DNA of 64,000 nt from Octopus sinensis (GCF_006345805.1 NC_043017.1:19220001-19284000); one strand, 5' to 3'. Positions 25,310-37,790 are shown, numbered from the stretch's first letter. The notes: generated by a model from the letters alone, not told the origin. A program made the numbers and translations.

Positions 25310-26744
25310 ATGATATGAGTAGTCTGGCATTCAGAGATAATGATAGAGAGAAAGAAGCAGCATAAAGGATTTATTGTGAGGCATTAACCAAATATGAATG
25401 GAATAGTAGCAATGAGGACCTAATCCAACCAAAATTGGTTCAGTTTTCTAAAGTGCCAGTAATTCTGATTCCATAAACTGCGTCTGTGTGTTTCTCTCAG
25501 TGTATTTGTTTGTCTAGTTTAGTTTAGTGTGTGTGTGTGTGTGTACTCAGTACCCATGATTTCAATTTAAAATCTCAGCCATCAAGGGGACAGAAATGTA
25601 TTTCTTTACTACCCACAAGGGGCTAAACACAGAGGGGACAAACAAGGACAGACAAACGAATCAAGTCGATTACATTGACCCCAGTGCGTAACTGGTACTT
25701 AATTTATCGACCCCGAAAGGATGAAAGGCAAAGTCGACTTCGGCGGAATTTGAACTCAGAACGTAACGGCAGACGAAATACGGCTATGCATTTCACCTGG
25801 TGTGCTAACATTTCTGCCAGCTCGCCGCTGGGGACAGATATGGCAGCTGAAACCAGCTGAAGGTGGATGTAAGTGGAATCGTTCTGTAGGCAAATACTAA
25901 TTCAGTCCCCATTGTCCCACTCAGGCAATGTGTACAGGACGAGAGGCAAACCACTTGTGATCCTGAGATGTCTGCTAATGATACAGAAGACTTTCTGACA
26001 TTGCAATGGATTCAGAAGAAGATCTTGTAAAATCTCTGAGCAGCTCCTGCAGTTTCTGCATGGGGCAAAGCATCTCTGATGTCTCTGGATACTCAATGTG
26101 ACACTAAATTTTGGCACTAAGGCAGCAAGCTGGCAGAAACATTAGCACGCTGGGCAATATGCTTAGCAGTATTTCGTCTGTCTCTACATTCTGAGTTCAA
26201 ATTCTGCTGAGGTCAGTTTTTACCTTTCATTCTTTCAGGGGTTGATAAATTAAGTACCAGTTGCATACTGAGGTCGTTCTAATCGACTGGCTCTCTCCCC
26301 ACAAATTTCGGGCCTTGTGCCTAGTATAGAAAAGAATATATTTTGGCACTGGTGGCAAACACACACACACACAGCTGCATGCATAGAAATATACACATAC
26401 ATAGAGAGAGTGAGAGAGGAAAATAGAGATATTATAGGTACAAATGTATCTAGATGCTCCCAGACATAGAGAGATGGAGGAAGAGAACAAGAGAAACATT
26501 AACCCATTTGCATTTAAACCAGCCATATCTGGCTCAAATATTCTACTTGTTTTGTCTTCAAACCAGCCAGATCTGACCTCTCACGCCTATCCTACAATGT
26601 CGTTCTAAAACTAAACAATCACATCATTGAAATTTTGAAGTTACAAGATACTGCATGCTTAATTCAAAACAATGTGAAGAAACAAGCATGACATTTGACA
26701 TTGCTGAAGGGTCAAAACTTCTGATGTCAAATAAGTCAGTATTC

Positions 26745-27075
26745 AATTCAATTCAATTCAATTTCTATTGGCTCAAAAAGCAAAAGCAAGGCAATGTAGG
26801 GGGACAGGGAGTTATGTACAGGGAGGGTGGTCATACAAAGAGTTCAGGCCTTTGCTTGTCAAGAGAGACTTTGAACCGAGCGGTCGTATTGAACCACCAA
26901 CACCAAATAAGTGTCAAAACATTTCATACCCCTGGTACCTTGGGTGCCTTTAGGAGAGTCCACTGTTTTGCAAGCATTCAGGCCAGGGTCCCTAATTTGA
27001 GGGTCTTTCTTCCGTCCTTCCTTTCCACTTGCCAGGAAGTGGGCAGGCTGGTATCAAAAGAGTTTAAGGGTCTTT
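26745..27075 (-). mobile_element. Probable non-LTR retrotransposon 3' end with (AATTG)n tail
   Basis: The minus strand ends ...GAGCCAATAGAAATTGAATTGAATTGAATTG. I recognised no clear protein motif. Confidence 0.4.
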
Positions 27076-27559
27076 GAGTCTATAATAAATCTGAGATGAG
27101 TATTAGCTTGTGGTATCTTGATCTCTGAAAAGGGACACAAAAACAAAGAATATCCACCACCCCAACCCCTTTTCTCTTTCTTTTTTTTTATAGTTCTAGC
27201 TTATTTTATCTTCAATGTATGTGTCTATTTGTTATATTTAATTTAGAATTCACACCAAGAATTCCAATAATCTATTTCTGGAGAAGTGAAGCATTATTAT
27301 TATTGTTGTTGTTATTGTTTGTTTTTTTTTTGTCTTTTCCTGCTAAAGTTAATTAAAAAATTCCAGCTATACACACAGCAGAAAATTTATATGGAAACCA
27401 GAATTCTAGACATGTTCTGCTTTCAGACCAGTTCAAAAAACAATTTTAAAATTTTGCATTTGTGTGGTATAAATAAATAAATAAATAAATAAATAACTAA
27501 ATAAATAAAAGCTGTCAATGTAGTTGGATACTTAATGTGTCACTTACACAAAACCAGCA

Positions 27560-27601
<42 letters not shown>

Positions 27602-28240
27602 TTGTTCTGTTTTTATTACGTGCTTTTACTGCACTACTGAGCACAGCTCTGTGTGCCTTGGGCACGTGCTGTGGTTTGTTTTAGTGATGCTATTTTTACT
27701 GTGTTGAAAGTGCTTTGCAGAGGCTGTATGCAGTGCCTAGCAGTGCTATTTTCTCTATGTTATATATATTCATAAGTCCGGATGTTTTGGTTGTGTATTT
27801 GTCTGTATGTTTTTTAACTGTGCCTAATGCACCTATTATCATCAGGATTATTCCTATCTTCTGACCTCTACATTTGCATTTTCTCTGTTTCCAGATCTTT
27901 GTATTTTGAGAGTTTCTCCATTTCTTTTACAGATGCAGTGTTGCTTGTTAGGACTGATATGTCAGTTAGAAGGCATTCTTTTCTTGGGGTCCCTGACGAC
28001 AATATCTGGTCTACCAGCCTTGATCTCTCTATCTATATGCATCTGTATATCCTAGAGTATGGTTGCTTTGTCATTTTCTGAGACTTTTTCTGGTGTATGC
28101 CTATACCAACTTTTTCCTGTTGTCATTCCATAGTGCTGGCACAACTTCCAATGTATATAAGCACTAGCTCTGATATGTCTGTCGATATATAACTTTTTAA
28201 CCAGGACACGGTAACCAGAGATAATATTTATTGCCTCTTG
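27560..28240 (-). mobile_element. R4/Dong-type (RLE) non-LTR retrotransposon 3' fragment, degenerate
   Basis: Minus strand, with stops and frameshifts: IISG...RH...IHWKLCQHYGM...WYRHTPEKVSEND...RPDIVV...IGALG...KIALLGTA...stop at 27696-27698, then an (AAT)n tail. This is the restriction-like endonuclease C-terminus typical of R4-clade elements. Confidence 0.85.
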
Positions 28241-29319
28241 TTTATTATTATTATTGAGTGAGAGAGCAGTGCATACTATCAAAGTGACACTGGGGTATTA
28301 TCATTATTATTATAGACGTCACACAGTATACAATATTGTGAGGTTGTTGATTAAAGATATTGTGTCTACTGAGGGGTTTGTACTGTTTGTCAAGTCACAA
28401 CAAGGACCTCAGACAGTACTTTACGCAATATCTGTGCAGTTCCAAGTAATGCCAACGTTTGCAATACATCTAGATTGTAGGGTGTTTCTAAGGTTTTCAG
28501 ATGTTTTTTCAGGCCTTGTGCCAAATTTCAGGCCTTGTGCCTTTAGCAGAAAGGATTATTATTATTATTATTATTATCATTATTATTAAGGCAGTGAATT
28601 GTTAGCACACCAGGCAAAATGCTAAGCAGCATTTTCTCTGTCTTTTTATTCTGAATTCAAATTTTACTGAGGTAGACTTTGCCTTTCAGCTTTTTGGAGT
28701 TATTGCAATCAACTTGTCCTCCTCCTCAGAATTGCTCACTTTGTGCCAAAATTTGAAACTACTACTACTACTGCTGCTGCTGCTACTACCACCACTACTG
28801 CTGCTGCTGTTGTTGTTGTTGCCTGGTTATCTGCCAATATTGGAAAGTTGCCTCATCTCCCTTAGCCTCAACCAATAAGAAAACCTTTCCAGATGCTGAT
28901 AATGGTTCTCTTGGTCATTTCATAAAAGATTTCATTGTAATTTTATTATCTCTGGCAGAAATGGTTTGGCTGCCTATGATAGATAACTTTCAGATTGGCC
29001 ATTTTGTAGTGAGTGAAGTGTCAGGAGTGTACTTGCTGTGATTCCAACCATGACCATCCTGCAGCCCTCTTCTTATCTCTCCCCTGCTAAACATTGTGTA
29101 TCTAGGATTCGATTACATCATCTAACATTAATCATCTATCTCTTAATTTTACATGCTTAGGTATGATCCAATTGGTTGCTATTTCTAGTAGATCAAGCAA
29201 CCATGTGGACCCTTTCCTCCTTATACTGCCATGTTGTTGTCATTGTTGTTGTTTAGCTTCAGAGAAGACCCTTTTTATTAAAGTATAGTCTAGACGAGTG
29301 CTACTCAAAGTTGGTAGGC

Positions 29320-29515
29320 CTTTAATATGAACTTGCCACAGTCCTTAAATTGCAGCCTTGGTTTCTGTCAGGGTCTCTTTCCTCTAACAAGTTCCCCACA
29401 TAGCATCTGTTTAGAGATCCTCATATCCTTCATTCTAATATGATGTCCAGTCCAATATAACCAGTGCTTGTGCACCATCACCTCAATAATCAAGATATCA
29501 GCTTTCCTCAGGACC
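29320..29515 (-). mobile_element. RTE-clade LINE ORF fragment
   Basis: LRKADILIIEVMVHKHWLYWTGHHIRMKDMRISKQMLCGELVRGKRP*QKPRLQFKD resembles the RTE/BovB C-terminal motif LRWxGHxxRMxDxRxPKQLLYGELxxGxRxxGxPxxRxKD. Confidence 0.8.
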
Positions 29516-29628
29516 TGTGTGTCTGGTGCAGCCTTCTGGATCGCCAGCCCTCAGTCAAACTGTCCAGCCCATATCAGCATGGAAAGCGGACATTAAACAA
29601 CGACAATGATGATATATATATATATAAT

Positions 29629-29667
<39 letters not shown>

Positions 29668-29672
<5 letters not shown>

Positions 29673-29939
29673 TAGAAGAAATGAGGTAATCAGAAGATCG
29701 GATGGTTTATATTTACAGATATTTATTTATATATTACATTTTTTATATATATATCATATCACTTAGATCATTAGCGCTTTCTCCCATTCTAGTGGGGTTT
29801 TCAAATAACCCCACTAGAATGGGAGAAAGACGCTAATGATCTAAGTGATATGATATATATATAAAAAATGTAATATATAAATAAATATCTGTAAATATAA
29901 ACCATCCGATCTTCTGATTACCTCATTTCTTCTAATATA
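29668..29939. repeat. Near-perfect long palindrome (~132-bp arms, 7-nt loop)
   Basis: Left arm 29668-29799 is the reverse complement of 29807-29939 apart from one inserted A; loop TTCAAAT. Confidence 0.95.
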
Positions 29940-29966
29940 TAATACCTGTACATCATCTCCAAACCT

Positions 29967-30005
<39 letters not shown>

Positions 30006-30232
30006 CATACTTCTGTGCACGTGCACACATGCATACACACACATATATACATATATAAGAGAAAGGGAGAGAGAATGAGAGAGATTGCTGTCATTGTAAA
30101 ACCAAAGTTGGATTGTAAATAAAGAGGTTAATCTCTTAACCTTGTGATCGTGCACATCCATAATATCTCGTGCTAGCTATGACAAACCTAATATTGTCAT
30201 TGCCGTCTTTGTCACAACCACAACCACCACCA

Positions 30233-30268
<36 letters not shown>

Positions 30269-30709
30269 CTGCTTCTATCACCATATTCATCAGCATCATC
30301 ATCAGGTGCCATATGACCGTGAGGTTAAACTGTTTGGACTGGGAGGTTAAAAAAGTCATTTCACCAGCATTTGTGGTGGTAAGGCCATCAAGTAACTCCT
30401 CTCTCTCTCTCTCTCGCTCTCTCTCTCTCACTCTCTCTCCCCCTCTCTCTCTCTCACACACAACTTCCTTCTTTTAGTTTCTTGGTTTAGTGGTTAGGGT
30501 ATTTCGTTCATGATAATACGGTCATGAGTTCAATTTCTGAGCAAGTCAATTTTATTTCATGTCCCTCCAGACCATTCAGCTGGTAAAAAGGATTTGTATG
30601 TATGCATCCATGAAACTCTGGGTCATGTGGAGCTGAGTCCAAGTGTTATTAAAGATTCTATGTGACTTCTATCGAATGTGTCAGCTGCTACTTTTTGCTT
30701 GTTCACTCA

Positions 30710-30742
<33 letters not shown>

Positions 30743-30747
<5 letters not shown>

Positions 30748-31023
30748 CTGCCAGCCTTGTCTGGCACCTGTGTCGGTGGCACAAAAAAAAAAAAACACCA
30801 TCCGAGCGTGGCCGTCTGCCAGCCTCATCTGGCACCTGTGTCGGTGGCACATAAAATCACCCACTACACTCTCGGAGTGGTTGGCGTTAGGAAGGGCATC
30901 CAGCTGTAGAAACACTGCCAGATCTGACTGGCCTGGTGCAGCCTTCGGGCTTGCCAGACCCCAGTTGAACCGTCCAACCCATGCTAGCATGGAAAGCGGA
31001 CGTTAAACGATGATGATGATGAT
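30743..31023 (+). mobile_element. Family C copy (left member of an inverted pair)
   Basis: Family C core with (GAT)n tail. Confidence 0.85.
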
Positions 31024-31117
31024 ATATATATATATAGATGTGTGTGAATGTATGTATATGTATGTATATATGTATATCTATAGTTATATATGTATATATG
31101 TGTGTATGTATATATAC

Positions 31118-31152
<35 letters not shown>

Positions 31153-31214
31153 GCCCTCACCGTTTGTTTTTACCATTTTTTGTTTTTACTGTCCTGTTTT
31201 TGTTACCACTTTAA

Positions 31215-31434
31215 CCCTTTTGTTACCAACCTGGCTGAAACCGCCTCTGGCTCTAAGTACAAATGTCTTGTTTTCATGAATTTTGAATTAAAATCTTCCA
31301 CCAAACCTTAGTCACAATTTATGTTCCTAACACCAACTTAGTGATAACTAAGTGATTTTACTAAATTCTTTGTTATATTTGAAATAATTGAAAGAAACAC
31401 AGAGCATCTCAAAATAAATACAGTAACGAAAGGG
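31215..31434. mobile_element. piggyBac-type MITE, family P2
   Basis: TTAA|CCCTTTTGTTACC...GTAACGAAAGGG|TTAA. Confidence 0.85.
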
Positions 31435-31917
31435 TTAATCCTCCGCAAAAAATCCCAAATTTTATTTAACTTGCTTTACGGGAAGGACTGTTTTAACGAA
31501 GTCGCGTCTTGTCCCTACCATCGAAATGCAGAGTAGATAAAACAGGGGACAACTGATGAAGGGAATGTTCTTTATGTTATCTGTCTTGTTTCTCTATTTG
31601 TTTCTTTTGTTGTCTGAAAAAAAGTTCGTTTTCTTTGTTTTTGTTTTTTATGTTCTCGTTTCTCATTTTGTTGACGTTTTTTTTTATGTCCTGTACCCAT
31701 ATATACATACATACATACATACATATATATATATGAATATATATATATATACATACATACATATATACATATACATACATATATATACATATATATATAG
31801 GTATGTACATATATGTAGGTATATATATATATATATATTATATATACATACATATATATACATATATATATAGGTATGTACATATATGTAGGTATATATG
31901 CATATATTTATATATTA

Positions 31918-31962
<45 letters not shown>

Positions 31963-31982
31963 TATATAATATATATATATAT

Positions 31983-32420
31983 ATCATCATCATCATTCAA
32001 CGTCCGCTTTCCATGCTAGCATGGGTTGGACGGTTCAACTGGGGTCTGGGGAGCCCGAACGCTGCACCAGGCCAGTCAGATCTGGCAGTGTTTCTACAGC
32101 TGGATGCCCTTCCTAACGCCAACCACTCCGAGAGTGTAGTGGGTGATTTTATGTGCCACCGACACAGGTGCCAGACGAGGCTGGCGAACGGCCACGCTCA
32201 GATGGTGTTTTTTTTTTTTGTGCCACCGACACAGGTGCCAGACGAGGCTGGCAGACGGCCAGGCTCGGATGGTGTTTTTATGTGCCACCAACACAGGTGC
32301 CAGATGAGGCTGGCGAACGGCCACGATCGGATGGTGTTTGTTACGTGCCCCCAGCACGGAGGCCAGTCGATGCGGTACTGGCTACGGCCACGTTCGGATG
32401 GTTTTCTTGTATGCCACCGG
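31983..32420 (-). mobile_element. Family C copy with internal ~60-bp tandem repeats (right member of the inverted pair)
   Basis: Reverse complement of 30743-31023 over 31983-32259; the GTGCCACCGACACAGGTGCCAGACGAGGCTGG-like unit occurs three times. Confidence 0.85.
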
Positions 32421-32523
32421 CACTGGTACCACAAGATACAAATTCCATTGATGTTCATCTATTTTGATTTGTTTTGATTTGATTTGATTTGGTTTTAATT
32501 TATATATATATATAATATATATA

Positions 32524-32567
<44 letters not shown>

Positions 32568-32601
32568 CAAAGTGAAGTTGTAAGTACTGCACGAGTGGAA
32601 T

Positions 32602-32673
32602 TATATATGAAAGAAGGTTTGAAAATGCAATTTTAAAAGATTCTTTTAAAATTGCATTTTCAAACCTTCTTTC

Positions 32674-32680
<7 letters not shown>
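32602..32680. repeat. Perfect 39-bp-arm palindrome, 1-nt spacer
   Basis: TATATATGAAAGAAGGTTTGAAAATGCAATTTTAAAAGA-T-TCTTTTAAAATTGCATTTTCAAACCTTCTTTCATATATA. Confidence 0.95.
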
Positions 32681-32704
<24 letters not shown>

Positions 32705-32805
32705 GGGTATATTTGTGTCTCAATGATAACTGAAGTTACCCCAGTATAAAATTGGGATAATGAAGTCTGACATTTGGAGTCTCTCTTGCACACACACGCA
32801 CGCAT

Positions 32806-32839
<34 letters not shown>

Positions 32840-32878
32840 TCATGTATTTCTATTGAATTGTTTGTTTGTTTCTTTCAG

Positions 32879-33350
32879 AGAATTAGATTCTGGTCTTGAA
32901 GAAGCCATTGCAAGCCTGATATGGGTGACACCTCGACTTCAGAGTGACATTCAAGAATTCAAACAGATCTCTGAACAGTTTGGAGCAAAATATGGCAAGG
33001 AATTCGCACAAGCATGTCGGACAAACGCACTTAATAATGTCAGCGAGAAAGTGATGCACAAACTCAGCGTGCAGGCACCGCCTAAAATTTTAGTGGAACG
33101 GTACATGATTGAGATTGCTAAGACATACAATGTACCATTTGTTCCGGATGCTTCAGTAATGGCACAGTTTGAAGAAGGTTGCTCCGTAGACAATTTGATT
33201 GACTTTGACTTAAGCCACCCAGACATGGACAAGAACGACAAAATGTTTGGTCGGCCAGGCGGAAACATATCTGGTGGCAGTGGTGGTGGCGGTGGTGGCT
33301 CGACGATTCCTCCGGTTCAATCCTGTGGATCTCCTTTCAATTATCCTGCC
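32879..33350 (+). CDS. IST1: IST1 homolog (ESCRT-III-associated factor), penultimate coding exon
   Basis: Acceptor tttcag at 32873-32878, donor gtaagt at 33351. Encodes ELDSGLEEAIASLIWVTPRLQSDIQEFKQISEQFGAKYGKEFAQACRTN...KLSVQAPPKILVERYMIEIAKTYNVPF, which I recognise as the IST1 core (vertebrate ELDSGLAESVSTLIWAAPRLQSEV...KLSVEAPPKILVERYLIEIAKNYNVPY). Confidence 0.97.
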
Positions 33351-33902
33351 GTAAGTATTCTTGTTGCAAAATGGATGAGTAGATAAAGAATATGAAATTA
33401 GCCTGAGACATATGTATATTGAGTTCTATGCCAGGTTATTAGTGTGTTTGTGTGTGTGTGTGTGTGATGTTTGTTTGTAAACACTCTCTATTTTAAGTAG
33501 TGATTAACAAACTTTAAAATATCAATTTGAAAACTGCTTTTAAGCAAGGAACTCCTATCAAAGTCACTTTCTGTAAACACCTAATAATTTATAAACATCG
33601 AATTATTAAAGTGGAAAAATTATCAGCAAAGGCCATTTCTATTCATTTTATCATATATACAAACACACACACACACATGCATATACATATAGATAAATAG
33701 ATTTGTGTGTGTGAGTATCTTATGATGTGGGTTTAAGACCATGTGGTCAGTAAGTTCACCCTTCCATCTCACAGCTATTTAAATGTATATTTTCATCACC
33801 ATCATCATCGTCATTATCATCATCGTCATCGTCATCATCATCATCATCATCATTGTAAAACTCACTTTCCCATACAGGAATATTTTTTGTCCATTTTCAC
33901 AG

Positions 33903-34166
33903 GCATCGATATCTGCTGCTAATCAAAATGTCCCATCTGGAATTCCAACAAAGCCCTCAGAAAACAAGTACCCACCAGCACCTATCGGCTTTGTCATCAA
34001 TCAACCTAACCAACCAAAGCAAGTCGATATGTTCCCAGACTTACCAGCTGTTCCTTCAAACACTCTTCCAGACATTGGTAACCATGCGTCTGTACAAGAA
34101 TCAGGTGAAGATGTGGATTTTGATGATCTCACCAGACGATTTGAGGAACTGAAAAAGAAAAAATAA
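33903..34166 (+). CDS. IST1: IST1 homolog, terminal coding exon
   Basis: Acceptor cacag ends at 33902; phase 0 matches the previous donor. Contains FPDLPAVPSNTLP and the C-terminal DFDDLTRRFEELKKKK-stop, the two IST1 MIT-interacting motifs. Confidence 0.97.
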   Translation, partial: ASISAANQNVPSGIPTKPSENKYPPAPIGFVINQPNQPKQVDMFPDLPAVPSNTLPDIGNHASVQESGEDVDFDDLTRRFEELKKKK

Positions 34167-34214
34167 ACTGCTCTCTGTTCTAATTAAGGGGAATTTACTA
34201 ACAAAACCTGTCCA

Positions 34215-34258
34215 ATAACATATATATATTTATATATATATATATATATATATACATT

Positions 34259-34350
<92 letters not shown>

Positions 34351-34625
34351 CACACACTCATACACATACACATATAGATATATATAGATATATATATATA
34401 TATATACAACACACACTCATACACATACACACTATATAGATATATATAGATATATATATATATATATACGCACACACTCACACATAACACATATATAGAT
34501 ATATATATATATACACACACACTACATACACACATATATATATATATACATATATATATATATGTATAGACATATATATGTATATAGATATACACACACA
34601 CACACATATTACATATACAACACAT

Positions 34626-34679
<54 letters not shown>

Positions 34680-34779
34680 GAAAACACATATATATATGCC
34701 CATACATATTTATAACTAATATATAATGACATTATTTGAGTATGTGCATGTGTGTGTATATGTATGTGCATCTATAAGT

Positions 34780-34811
<32 letters not shown>

Positions 34812-34840
34812 GTATATGCATATATATATATATATTGTGT

Positions 34841-34897
<57 letters not shown>

Positions 34898-34900
34898 TAT
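34215..34900. repeat. Large (TA)n/(CA)n compound microsatellite directly after the IST1 stop codon
   Basis: Read directly from the sequence. Confidence 0.95.
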
Positions 34901-35070
34901 AAATATTATATTCTATTATTAAACTGCTGTTAAGGCATTATGTATCTATATGAAAATGATTACATCATTCTTGTTTTATTATATATTTATATTCTTCTTA
35001 TTTTCACTGATTGCGTTATAAGATCTTAATTAACTGGGCAGAATATTTATTATTATTATTATTATTTTTA

Positions 35071-35101
<31 letters not shown>

Positions 35102-35354
35102 CATTATTATAACTGTTATAATTATTAATATTTTTGTTGTTGTTATTTGTTGCTCTCTATCAAACACGAAGTGTTAGTGTACTAAAACACTTAACTGCAG
35201 GTACTATGAGAATGACCTATATATACATACATACATACGTATACATATATGTGTGTATATCTATATATATATGATTCGATTCGATTCATTTGGTTTGGTT
35301 TCGTTCTTCTTCTCTAAGCTGGATTTATATATATATATATATATGTATTTATAT

Positions 35355-35402
<48 letters not shown>

Positions 35403-35406
35403 TATA

Positions 35407-35573
35407 TACAGATAATTAATTCTCAAGTGCAGAATATACAAACAAAATTGCAGGAACATAATAAAATATCCATATATTTGCAGAAAAATTTTTCTGCAAT
35501 AATATGTATATTTTATCCTGTCCCTGCTGTTCTCTTAGTATTATTCTGCATTTGAGAATTAATTATTTCTGTA
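35407..35573. repeat. Imperfect foldback (MITE-like), centred at 35488/35489
   Basis: Outer arms TACAGATAATTAATTCTCAAGTGCAGAATA and TATTCTGCATTTGAGAATTAATTATTTCTGTA; perfect core TTGCAGAAAAA|TTTTTCTGCAA. Confidence 0.8.
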
Positions 35574-36122
35574 TTTTTCAATACATCTCAATGCTTCTAA
35601 AGCAAACTTTGTTTGTTTACTTTCATCGTAATTTACATGCATTCATACAATGTGTACATACACTCCAGGTACATTGAGCACCTATTTTTTTTAAGTACCA
35701 CAAAAAGAAATTTAGCTTTATATGCTTGCATTCAATTCTACAGCTGATACTTCAGTGTATATAATATATGGAACTTAAAAAGCATACCATTTATACGACT
35801 ACTGAGTGTATGTGTGTGTCATGAATATATACACATGTATGTGTGTGTATATGTATGTGTATATGCGTTTATACTTGCATACAGCTAAAATTCTGACTTT
35901 CATTTTTCATAAAGGCGGTGCTATTATTATGTGAACTATCTGCCTCCTGCTGTCTGGTTAAAATGTTTTGCTGTCTATCAGATCTAGATTCAAATTCTGC
36001 TTTGTCCTTTATCCTTCTGGTCACTGAGAGATAAAAACAAGTCCCTGTAGTGTAATGAGGAAGATGTGGTTCAATGAAAATTACTTTGCACCTTTGCCTC
36101 CATTATGTATACATTATATGTA

Positions 36123-36156
<34 letters not shown>

Positions 36157-36330
36157 TACATACATACATACAATCGCATATACAAGTGTGAGTTAGACGG
36201 TAAGGCAATTTTTATTTGCCTTACTTTTTGTCTTATCTTCAAAAAGTAATACAAATAAAAGTTGCATTAATTTCTGATTGACCTTGTGTGTGTAATGAAA
36301 TTGTATTTCTGATTCACCCTCATGTATGTA

Positions 36331-36363
<33 letters not shown>

Positions 36364-37386
36364 CTGTGTGTATGTATGTATGTATGTAATTAATTAATTA
36401 AATTGTGTATCTTTCTGACTTACTCTCGTGCATATCTATCTCTATATATATCTGTGTTTATATATATATATATATATATATAAAACATGAAACACATGCA
36501 TATATATGTCTAGACCCTATACCATGGTAAAATGCCAGTTCAAGGAATGAACTATATATATATCTCTGTGTGTATGTGTGTTTATAATCTGACAAAGCTG
36601 ACACACGGCAAAACTTTGCTGCCACTAACAGCTTTCATACATACATACATACATACATATATACATACATACATACATATATACATACATGCAGGGTGTT
36701 TGTAAAAATAACGCAACACACAAGAGCATTAAAATATATTTATGCTTGAACACAGTGAATGCTAATTTTCATGGGTTCCATGAGGCAAAGCACTTTAATA
36801 AACATTTAAATGATTTTTATTTTATAAAGCTAAAAGATATTCACCATTTTCAGAATAATAAAAATAAATTATTATGTGTTTTTCATTTTTTATGAATAAA
36901 TTCCCTCTCTAAAAGAATTTTTTTGGTTTCTTTTCATGTCAGGATTTGTTATTGTCTGAAACATATTGGTAAGGGGTCTGCGATCATGTTATAGGATCTG
37001 TGACAAAAATAACTTTGGAAAATGGTAGATAGGTTATCATCATCATCATCATCATCATCATCATAATATTCACTTTTCTAGACTTACGTGGGTAGGACAG
37101 AGTTTACTGAAGTAGGCTTTTCCACAACTGAATGCCCTTCCTGTTGCTAACCCTTACCCATTTCCATATATCGTAATATTTCTGCATGGCCAGATATGTT
37201 TTCACAGACTATAGGAAATGGATGACACCGCTTGTATGACAGTGACATTCATTTACAACTATCACATGATGTCAAGACGAGGACACAAGCATTCACACAC
37301 ACCCTTACATACATACATACATACATACATATGTATATACACATGTACATACATATATTAATATATATAGATACATACATATATAG

Positions 37387-37431
<45 letters not shown>

Positions 37432-37461
37432 ATGCCACTTTACCGTAGCAAATAAACTTTG

Positions 37462-37493
<32 letters not shown>

Positions 37494-37494
37494 G

Positions 37495-37790
37495 GTGGTT
37501 GTCTACTCCTTAGGCAGAGTTTGACCACCTCCTATACCTACACCTTGGAACCATCATGACATCTGATGTGGCTTTTTAAACCTGACAATGTGTTGAAAAG
37601 ACACCCGCATAGATTGCATATCTGATTTGGACCGACCACCAAGAGCTGCAGTTAAGTACTGATCTTTGTGGATCTTAAAATGTCTTTTGAGGCCTCCAAT
37701 AGATTTACAGACTTTCTGGCATACATTGCATCGAAAAGTGTGCATGGACATATTAGGCAGAACAGTTGGTAGAGGTTTGTTTCTCATGGG
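37495..37790 (-). mobile_element. RTE-clade LINE 3' end with terminal C2H2-like fingers
   Basis: FRCNVCQKVCKSIGGLKRHFKIH plus a broken second finger, then a short 3' UTR ending GAGTAGACAACCACC-(AT)n. This layout fits RTE ORF C-termini. Confidence 0.65.

Noticed and set aside
25860-26120. Possible exon or LINE fragment (…LQELLRDF…)
   Set aside because: Stops in the candidate frames and no motif I could assign with confidence.
31556-32477. 224-aa and other YIYI-rich ORFs
   Set aside because: (TA)n microsatellite plus a family C repeat.
37554-37787. C2H2 zinc-finger gene (cephalopods have a large C2H2 expansion)
   Set aside because: One intact and one broken finger, no TGEKP linkers, followed by a retroelement-like 3' UTR and tail; better explained as an RTE LINE C-terminus.
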